DNA of 64,000 bases from Takakia lepidozioides (lineage: Eukaryota; Plantae; Bryophyta). The notes beneath the pieces are model-generated. The model was not told the origin of the DNA. It saw only the letters and a program-made list of their open reading frames with translations, and made no database searches. The stretch lies in assembly GCA_030704615.1 (NCBI GenBank), contig CM060731.1:60512001-60576000 (forward strand), given 5' to 3'. Below are positions 52,401-64,000 of this stretch, in pieces. Position 1 is the first letter of the stretch, and every line of letters begins with the position of its first letter. The translations under genes and the position numbers were made by a program.

Positions 52401-53454
52401 AACACCTCTCCTAAGGACACTAGGCAACAGGCTACAGATTGGTGGTCTTACATGAGGAGAGAAAGTGGGTTTTTGTGTGCACGAATTCATTCAATGGTGC
52501 CAAACGCACAAGGAAGCAGCTTTGCAAGCTGATCTTGGGCACCACTTATGGAAGAAGATGATCCTTCCGGCGGACACTTTCCTGTTCCTGTCAAATCAAA
52601 GGGCATTCGCAGTAGAAACGAGCAACTACAAATGTATTGATTGACTCTAGATTCTGTGATCAGACCCTTCATTCTTTACAATTTTCTTGCATTCCAACTT
52701 GAGATGCCATTTACGTGGGACGATGAAGATTGAAGAACCCCTGCACTGCGCAGTAGTATGAAGAGGGGCGACGGCCCACTAATGATAAGCGACGGCGCCG
52801 CAGCTTACACAATACCGACACAGAGCACTTGATCTAGCAGTAAAGATTACTGTGGCCACTGCCCACACGCCGTATTGCGCACGATGGGACTCTAGCTTTC
52901 AATACTCCCTGCAAATAGCCCCTGCTAAAACACTCGAGGCCGTGAATCTCCTCTACTGCACTGCCATATTATTAATGTTCGCACAGTCCTCAAGCTCCCT
53001 GTGGAACTGTAATAACCATTTCCCTCCTCGAAACTCTTGGCTGGTGCAGGGAATGCAGTGCCTGTCAGTGCATGCTTGAAATAGCTGATGGGCGTTCAAC
53101 CGATGCAACAACACTGGACTCATACCATGATTCATGACCTGGATTAGGTGGCCTGCTTACTGATCGCACAGCCTGAATCTACTTTGCCTCGAACCAAGCG
53201 ACGGAGGACATTTGGGAAAGTGGGATATGAGTTCTCACTGCGAGATGGCTGCCACATTCTGTTTTCTTTGATTGCAGAAGCTTCAGACTTGATCTTGTCA
53301 ACTTTACATTACTGTTCATTTACAGCTTGGGTAATTTCGGAAATATTACATATTTTGTTCCTTCTTTACTGTTCTAATTTGGAGAGAATTGAGATGGTCC
53401 AAAAAAGAGTGATTCTCAAAATTTTATCCATGGAGAGAGAGATAAAGATAAAGA

Positions 53455-53498
53455 TTCTTTAACGTCCAGTGAATTTACAGAGCCTACTGCTCAACACA
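53455..53498 (-). mobile_element. 5'-truncated copy (3' tail only) of SINE family B within a (GA)n tract
   Basis: 44 bp identical to 33966-34009 (TTCTTTAACGTCCAGTGAATTTACAGAGCCTACTGCTCAACACA), flanked by GA repeats and GATAAA repeats. Confidence 0.7.
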
Positions 53499-53919
53499 AA
53501 GAGAGAGAGAGAGAGAAAGAGAAGCCGGCCACACCGGCTTAACTAAGAGCCACTTCGCCTCACAGCTATGCCTCCTTTCAGGGGTGGGCCCTATTTAATC
53601 CATGTACATATACTTATATAATAATGATGCTGATAAAGGCCTTGGATTTTATACTCTACTTATCATTTGGTAACCCACATCACATATATGCGCAAGTGGG
53701 ACGGTGCCTACTTCAATTATAGGGCTTAAATATCATACACATTGCTTGTAGCTATGATAGAAGGAACTTGCAGGGCCTACCATATATCGCCATTCTATGG
53801 TCCCTCTATTCAGTTTTGAGATAAGCGGAATCAGGCTCCTCACTCATAGCTGACTCAGGGAAGCACTTTCAAGTAAGTTTCTGGAAACACTCACAAGGTT
53901 AATGTGTAAGTTATGTCCT

Positions 53920-53972
53920 TGGTTGGGTGTTTGTGCCTTGTTGCGTGTGCGTAACCTAGGTGATCTGGGTTC
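53920..53972 (+). mobile_element. Head fragment of SINE family B
   Basis: TGGTTGGGTGTTTGTGCCTTG...TAACCTAGGTGATCTGGGTTC matches the reverse complement of about 34060-34110. Confidence 0.6.
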
Positions 53973-54106
53973 CATGTGTCCACTTTCCAACGGAAAACAG
54001 TAGTCCTTTTGTGATGTAGTCCTTCTTCTTATGTCCTTATCTTTTTTCCTTTTCTGTTCAAAGGGAGACACTTGGCGCGAGGCCCCTTAGTTATAGTGAG
54101 AGGAGA

Positions 54107-54276
54107 CAACCAAGTTGTAGCCCAGTGGTAATGGGCACATACCACCTCGTAAGTGGTTGTGGGTTCAATCCATCGATTGGTGTCACAAAGGTGTCCACCT
54201 TCCTAGCGGAAGGAAGTGACCCTTCAAGGTGAAGAGACACCATATTTACGCTCCTTCAGGAGGCGTCATATATATA
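54107..54276 (+). mobile_element. tRNA-derived SINE (family A), about 170 bp, with a perfect 15 bp target-site duplication
   Basis: TATAGTGAGAGGAGA at 54092-54106 and 54277-54291. A box TAGCCCAGTGGT (54118), anticodon arm ACCAC-CTCGTAA-GTGGT, B box GGTTCAATCC (54162-54171), (AT)n tail. Confidence 0.85.
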
Positions 54277-56529
54277 TATAGTGAGAGGAGAAAATAACCT
54301 CTTTGTCCAAACTTCTTTCAGTTCTAGAGTTCTAGAATGTTATGGGCGCGGAGCACAAGGCTCAAGGGACAGTCCCAAGGGAAGCATTAGTTTAGTTAGC
54401 TAGTATATCAGAATTTCAAGTGGGTCTTATTTACACAAACTTTGTCAAATATATATGTCATAAATTTTCACCACCACACAAACGGAGAACCAGATGTGCT
54501 TCTAATAGCAAGACCTCAACTACTACTGCCTACATGTTACAAGCTCTAAGGACGAACTACACGTTAAGTTAAAATAAAACCTGAGTTGCTTTCAGTCAAT
54601 GTCTTTGGGTGCAAATTCACAAGGCTAGTCACACTGCCTTGAAGCACAGTTCAAAGAGTGGGAAGGCGCATTGGCAGGGTATTGCAAATTTGTGCTTGGT
54701 TATTGACTCACAAATCTGGACTCTTAAAATGCATTTTCGAATATCTTACAAGTTAGTTGGAACTTTGGCAAGTCACACAGCTCTAAATTACTTTAAAATT
54801 ATCCCTGGGGTTGCAAGCAGTCGTTTCAGTACAAAATAACAATCCGAAGCTGTGTGCATTTGGCTCCAAGCAAACGCCACTAAGCTGATCCTGTTGAATG
54901 TTCAGAAGTCACTGGATTGTGAGTTGTAAGGTTGCTGCGTGAATTTTAATTTTGATTCTTTCTATTGATCACAGGCCTGGCAAGCTGCATAAGATTGAGG
55001 CAGCTGCTTCATGCCATCCATGTGCCCAAAGAAGATACATGGATATGAGTTGCTCTATAGAGGCCAGAAAAGACAACTAGGTCAAGCACTTCCTGAATTC
55101 TACCCTATTGGGATAATAGGCATGCAGCCCCAATTTGGTAAGAGACACTGCCAATGCATCTTATTAACAACTACGACTCTTACTGACTTTGTACATGAGA
55201 TTCATGAGACTGGCATATCTCTTCATAATTCTTTTGTCTTGTAAAAGCACTGTGCTATATAGCTTGGGCTGAGAAAGGTGTTAAACAAACAGAGGTTCAA
55301 TTGAAACACACCCACCACCCAGAAAACGATGTCTGTGCACACGAACAAGTGATACCAAGTTATTAAGCATTCCCTCTTCCCTTTAAAAGTGCCAGCTGGA
55401 TGACAACTGTGCAATGCCCCTCCAAGCCGAGTATGCCTCCTCTCAGAGTATACAGGACTACTCAAAAGAAGAGGATTTCCATGAGTGTGTGGAGACCTCC
55501 AAAAGGCTCACGAACTGGAAAGTTCCTCTTGAATCTAAGTTGAAAGGCGTAAACCAAGATTACTAGAAAAAGGTTAATCTACCCATATCCCAGAATAATT
55601 CCCCAAACTGAGCCTTTGGTAGAAAACCAGCAGTACAATGTGACCGCTATACAATCTGATGTGTTCATACTATGTCAACCACGCTCACAGAGTCAGGCTT
55701 TTGTCTCTAGGAGCTAGCTCAACACTCCTGCCACCCAGAATTCAGAAGATGACATCCGGCCGTGTCTGCAACTCAACGTATCTCCTCTGACAAGATTCTT
55801 GCTGTGAACACACCCTTATCTTCCCACATTGCTGAAGCCAGGGCACCCTAGTGGAACCTGAACCTCGATTTTGGAATGAGGCCATACTGACCCCCAAATA
55901 CAATCAGTTCAAAAGAAAACTTGATACAAAATGGCTGCTTGTTTCCAGTTTGAAATAATCCAACCTCAATTGAAATAGGGTTTATGTAAGCTTGGCAGCC
56001 ATCCAAGCACTGTATGCATGCTGGAAGGATAAGCTGCACTTCTACACAGTCTTTGTACGCTCTCTTTTCCCATTTTCAAATTGTTAACCAGTGACCAATC
56101 AGGCAAGAAGATGCAAATGAGTGAAGGGGATCAAGAACGAGAGGACTCAAATGGTGGACCCCGTCCCACACTTCCAACTCCTGAGGTCACAGTAACAGAT
56201 GTTGATATAGTGGAACCCATGTTTCCTTCAGAAGTTCCATTGGTCGTGCACCATCGGTACTGCCTAACCAAAACTGATTATCTTTTTTATATTCCTCGCC
56301 CTCCCCACCTTTCCCCCACGTGGCTCTGATAGCAGTTGGCTAACTCACTTGGACAGCTATTCTGACACTTAGCAAGTAAAGAAATGGGAGCATCACAGCG
56401 ATATGATCAGTCCCAAAATCGGAGAAGGAAACAAGAGGTAAGTAGATCACATACATTATGTCTGGGGCTGCATGCGGATGTTGAATCCAAGCCGCACCAA
56501 ATATACAGTAATGAACCACCTCCAAACTG

Positions 56530-57234
56530 TTAATCCGAAAGTGAAGTAACATCAACACCATGCTCCCTCAAGAATTTCTTGGCTTCCACAATGTCCTGGA
56601 CAAACCCAGTTCTACCATGTTAGTAATATTGATATCCAGACTCAAGAAGTCTGTTCTTGATCATTTCGAATAGACAAAAGGATGAAATGCCATATATATG
56701 TCACAGCTCTGGGTTAGTCATGCACTAAAGCCTCGTGAGACAAAAGGGAGGATGAATTCTCCACCTTTTGAAGTAGCACGGCCTCCTGGGGGCAGGTCGG
56801 GAACACCATCATTCCATACCCCAACATCGCCAGCCCATAGCATCCCAGTGCCACAATGGCATACACTGGCAGCTGCACGCTCCACATATCTTCTTCAGTC
56901 CGTATCCTTTGTCTGAGATTAGAACTTCCCACCCTAGCAAATGACCCTCTCAACTCTGTTACCAGACCGCCCTCAAGTGGACCATGCGTGATTCCAATTG
57001 CTACCTTAGATCCGGTTTCAAGTTGGGCAACATGAGTAAATAGTGACAGAAAGAAGAAGCGATTTATCACATCCGGAAGGTCCCAATATAGTCCTCGGAA
57101 ACAGAGAGGGGCAAGAGACTTACATAAGGAATGACGAGACCAACGGAAGAAGGCAGGTCAGACGCCAAGAGAAGGGCCAGCCATAGAAGATTGGCTGCAG
57201 CGGCGATGCTCCCCCACTTCCACACCTGCTTCAT
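56530..57234 (-). CDS. DPM3: Dolichol-phosphate mannosyltransferase subunit 3, 3 exons (57124-57234, 56765-56872, 56530-56595), 94 aa
   Basis: MKQVWKWGSIAAAANLLWLALL...IPY/LPVYAIVALGCYGLAMLGYGMMVFPTCPQEAVLLQK/DIVEAKKFLREHGVDVTSLSD*. Phase-0 GT-AG introns. Confidence 0.94.
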
Positions 57235-57527
57235 GGCAGATCCTCCCAACCCAATTCTGCAATCGCAATGCCCCGCTCTCAAGAATCAAATGCCCTAGCT
57301 TCCTCAAGCAAACCTGCTGGGTTTAGTACAAAAAACCCCGTGATCGACCTGGATGAAGCAGTTGTATTCATCCACAACAAGACCTACTTTTCTCCGGTTT
57401 ATCTCCCTGTCTCGCAGTTGTGGGAATGTGGTGAGGCAAGCAACAATCAACAGTGCACGCAAAACATTCAAGTGATCTGTAGCGTGGGTATCGAAGCCGA
57501 TTGGGAAAGAGAGAGGGAAGATTTGAG

Positions 57528-59980
57528 ATGTCGAGGAATGTGAAGCAACCCATAGGGCAGAAGAGGCTGACCAATGTGGCAGTGGTCCGCTTGCGTAAGA
57601 CTGGGCTTCGTTTTGAAATCGCATGCTTCAAAAACAAAGCACTCTCCTGGCGCGCACGCGTGTAAGCGTTCTCTCCCTCTTTGCCGCTTCAATCTCTAGT
57701 CCATTATATCTCCATGCCTCTTCTTTACGTTCCCAAAATTGCTTGCAGCTGTGCTCCATCCCGTCCGTTATCTCATCGCATCCCCTCGAACCTGCATATG
57801 CTGTAAAGCCTGTCCTTACCCTTAGATCTCTACCAATTCGCATGATTGAGCGATCCTGATTGGTTTCCTCGCTTGAACGGTGCTCCTGTAGACAAATTGT
57901 ATTAACCTCATAGACTGTCCACGGGGATTAAGTTTGCATCATGTTTCTGAGGAAGATTTTGAGATTGTAAAAATTTCACGAGACTCGGTATGCGTATCAA
58001 GAACAAATGTCAAGAAAGCTGAATTGCATGAAATGGGGTGGACATGGTTGGGTGAGTAGAGAGAAGGACATAGACGAAGTTTTGCAGACACATACGGTGT
58101 TCTCCAACGTGTCCAAGGGTGTACTGGCCAAGTCGAAAGACCTTATCAAAGCTTTTGGCACTGACGATGAAGACAAGGTCTGCCTTGAGGTCAGGTTTCT
58201 TCCTTCACCTTGTCTGAGTTCAAATTCATGTGGAACTTTGGTGTATGCAATTTCTCTGCAACCTAATGTGATTGCTGAAGGTTAGAGTGTGTGCCATCCT
58301 TTTCGGTACCTGCTACCATGTGAAAGACTTGTGCCCCTGGCTTCTACTGAGGGCACATTTCTGACAGAAACCTGCATTCAAACCCTGAATTAGGATGTAA
58401 CATGTATTCGCAGGAGACTGATGTCTTCGCGATCTGCATGTACAGCCCTTCAAAATTTCACCTGCAGGTGACCTTGTCTTCAAAGTACATTTTGAAGAAC
58501 AAACGGGTTGACATTTATGGGGTGGTGTGAGGTAGATACTGGAGAAAGGGGAGCTGCAAGTGGCAGACAAAGAGAGGGAGGCACAGCTGTCCAACCAGTT
58601 CCGTGATATAGCCACCATTGTGATGGACAAGACAGTGAACCCTGATACAGAGAGGCCCTACACCATCACCATGATTGAGCGACTCATGCGAGACATTCAC
58701 TTTGCGGTGGACCCCCACAAAAGTTCCAAGCAACAGGTTGGTGAGATGTATTAAAATTGGAGATTGTCTAATTGGACAGCATGCCTTCCTCTTATTCTCA
58801 CATCCTCTCTGCCGCATTAGAAGTGTAGTACCATCAAGCGTTGTTACAGGGACCTAATCACTTTGTGGATGCAGGCCTTGGAGCTGATACGAGAACTACA
58901 GAAGCAGTTTCCAATTTCTCGAGCTCGTATGAAGCTGAACTTGGTTGTGCCTCTGGCACACACCACCAGTCTCATGGCCACTTTGGATTCTTGGCATGCA
59001 CTTGTGGATGCAAAGCATGACACAGACGGGTTTACTTCTGTGGTATAGTTCCTCTTCAGACTTTTCTGCAAGAATGGATGTGTGAACTCAGCCCCATAAA
59101 TTAGTACCTTAAGAGGGTTTAAGCTAGTGCAGCCAAAGTGCAGCTTCAGGTGCTTGTGCAGTTTTTCTTGGGCAGATGATTCCTGGCTTAAAGAATCCAT
59201 TCACGAGTCGCTCCTTCCTGTTCTTCAAAATTTGTGCCCAGCTACTCTATTCTAGACTTTTGTGTAGTGTTGTGAAATGTCCATGGTCACCCATGAGTTA
59301 GACCATTTCACCGGTGACCGTGGCTATCTCCATTTCGGTTAGAATGGTTTTGCTGGATCCATTGATTGATATGTTGACTACTTCCAGAACTGCTTTACCG
59401 GATTGCCGTCACAGCAGTAACCTTCTCGCCGTGGTATGTGCAGGTGTGTCAGGTGGAGCCAGGTCATTTCCGTGAGTGTGATGCACTAGTGAGAGACTTC
59501 AATGGGAGGCTTGAGGTCATGTCTATGGCAGTCCAAAGAGAAGGCGAGGGCGAGGTGGACGAGTTCAATGATGATGATGACTACAATACTGCCCAGGCAT
59601 CTCACTCCATGGATGATCGTTTGGCTCAAAGGATGACGGATGCAGCAACTGTGTCAAATGCACCATCCACAATGGCCAGTAGTTTTGATAACTTTGCTAG
59701 GAGTGAGACAGAGAGACTACGGCCCAGCGGTGCTGGCAATGCATCGACAAACAGGGTCGGAGCTGCAGGAAGTGGAGTTGGGGTCAAGGAAAAATCATGC
59801 AATACATGTGACATGCAGGTTGGGGATACAAAGCAATATCGGGAGCATTTTAAAAGTGACTGGCATAAGCATAACCTGAAACGGAAGATGAAGGGTCTGC
59901 CTCCCCTCTCTGCCGATGAATGCTTAGCAGACACTGACATCGTGGACCGTGTAAATGACTTGAGTGATTACTGCCGCTAA
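57528..59980 (+). CDS. SBDS: Ribosome maturation protein SBDS/SDO1 with plant-type C-terminal C2H2 zinc finger, 5 exons (57528-57661, 58060-58189, 58536-58736, 58875-59042, 59444-59980)
   Basis: [90 protein letters not shown]...RARMKL and CNTC...[17 protein letters not shown]. Confidence 0.96.
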
Positions 59981-61902
59981 TTGTAGGGAGTGACCCTGAG
60001 ACGAGCCACTTAAAGGTGGATTGTGTAAATTTTACAGTGTTCTTTTCTAAGATCAGTGCATTTAGCACTATTGCTGGAACTGATTTGGTCATATACCCAA
60101 GCAACCTGAAGGTGATAAGTTTGACTTAGAACCAGGGCATTTTACTGGCAGGACTGCTTCCGCATTCTGCAGCCTTATATAGAAGTGATTAGAAGAGTCA
60201 TGCCTTGGTAGTTGCTAACACTGATCTTCAAACGCATTGCTTAGAGGCTATGAGGGCAAAACAGGAAGGTGTTATTTACCTGCTCTATTTGCTGATACTA
60301 AGAAACACTCTTGGTTATTGACCAGGATGGCCCAAAGCATGTGTCAGCCAGTTTCGCTAGGCTAGTATGTTGCCGGACAAAGTTTTCACTCAACAAAGTT
60401 GATCTGGAGATTAAATGGACAACACCCCACTCTGTTCAATATATTGAGCTGATGATTCAATTCTTCTTCTCTAAAGGGTCACTTGCACTTAGAAAGTGCA
60501 ATTGTTGAACTCTGGAGATCACATTTGCAGGTTGAGGTATCTGCAACAGATAGTATAACCCCTGCTTAGAGCAGGGGTTAAGAGTTGAGAGTTAAGACAC
60601 GCCAAGATTGTGTGGACCTCTACATTTCAGCTACTCTACACATGCAGATAGTGATGCCAAGGGTAGGTTTAGTTATGCACACCTGCTAGTGTGCATGTAG
60701 GCCATGTTGATTGTCCCACCAAAACCCTACTCTACAGAGATCCTCTCATACATCTGTACACTGCGATAGTGTCAATGTTGAACTCGGTAAGGTTGGGCAC
60801 TAGCCTCTGGAATTTCCATAACCAGCCAGCAGTTTCCACATAAAGACAAGGGCAGGTTTTACAATGACATCCAGCCACAGCTGTGCCCTTTGTACAGGTG
60901 CTAGACATACTCCCTCAACTCATTTCAAAGACCGAAACTGCTGACAACCGAAATTACTGTTACAACACACCTGCTCAACACTCTTACCTCTGCTTCAGAG
61001 CAGGTGTCCAGGGAAGTTGATGCAGCGCTTCCTGGACCTGGGAGGGTATCATGGCTTCTTCGAAAGGTCATACCATCCATACTAAGGACTTGTCTAAACT
61101 GCATCTAAGGAGCTACTTTAGAGCAGCCATTGTAATAGCCAAAAAGCAAAAAATACCTCCTACTGCATCAACTTCAATCAACCAGGAGAAACAGGAACAC
61201 CAACCCAACTCATGGAGTCAAGCCAACATTAGAATCAGGGTCAAAGGCCAGAATAGACATCAGATCAAGCATGGAGTCTTAGGCATTTTAAATGGCCTTC
61301 AAGAAGCCTTTAAGTAAGCATTAGAACATGCTTTTTATCAAAAACCCCATAGTAGTCTCCCTCATATACATAACAAAAAGAGCAACAAGCAAGTTGGAAA
61401 GAACAACGGAACCAAGTCCTTCCATAAAATATGCCAGTTCTGGCAAGGGCCTGAGAGCTGCAATGGCAAAGAGCTGGACTTCTTAGTCAACAGTCCCACA
61501 ATCCCAACCAATCCCAGTAAGATACCACCCGAGTGTGGGCAGAGTCCTACAGGTGCGTCATGTACCCAATGGATATGCGAGAAGGGATGAACCCAGACCT
61601 TCAGGCCAGGTCTGAAACGCTATTTCATTTCGACTCCACCAAAACCCCAGACTGAACGACCCCCATCTTGATTAGTAAGTTCCCCCGAGCACACATCTGA
61701 AACTCTAAGAATATATCGCAATTTGAACCAAAGCTTACCGACCCCCTAGCCAGCAGCAGATAACGTTTCAGCTCCCCATATCACTAGAGCCCCGGGGTGA
61801 AATTGCAACCACCAACCATAACTACCACCCCAAATCAGACTAAATGAGTAGTGCATCTCCTACATCCTGCCGCGCCGTGCATGTTGGCGGCACACTTCCA
61901 TC

Positions 61903-63855
<1,953 letters not shown>

Positions 63856-64000
63856 TCACCACAAACGAAGTAAGGAAAAACAGTAGGTGGCCGCCAACAA
63901 AACTAGGGCGCATCACTGAGTGAAAACAGGGCAAAAAGTTGGGGAAGAAACCAGCTGCATACACGTTCAAGAGTCAGGTCAGGCACAACAAGGTAAGAGG

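Noticed and set aside
54107-54182. Functional tRNA-Thr gene
   Set aside because: Acceptor and T stems are mismatched, there is no oligo-T terminator, and it sits inside a TSD-flanked unit.

Overview
Eukaryotic nuclear DNA from a land plant. GT-AG introns, PLS-PPR, NPH3/BTB and RGLG genes, a GLG1-like gene and a piggyBac relic suggest a non-seed plant such as a moss or lycophyte (inference only). Six complete multi-exon genes can be assembled: MAPEG/MGST3-like (-), RGLG copine-RING ligase (+), GLG1-like Cys-rich repeat Golgi protein (-), NPY-type BTB-NPH3 (-), DPM3 (-) and SBDS (+). A partial Ubc4/5-type E2 gene (-) runs off the right edge and a decayed PPR gene sits at the left edge. Intergenic DNA holds a decayed piggyBac, a Copia integrase relic, and a nested block (about 35-47.4 kb) in which an L1-like LINE is interrupted by a solo LTR and a 7 kb chromovirus-type Ty3/gypsy element. 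There are also two apparent tRNA-derived SINE families, a 55-59 bp minisatellite and an intronic fold-back. I found no CRISPR array, rRNA, intact tRNA or prokaryote-type system. The best candidates for something new are the MAPEG protein with a transit-peptide-like extension, the two SINE families (one tRNA-Thr(CGU)-like with a 15 bp TSD, one sitting in (GA)n tracts), the plant piggyBac, the GLG1 mucin-like stalk and the doubled 3' end of the gypsy element. All coordinates were read by hand.
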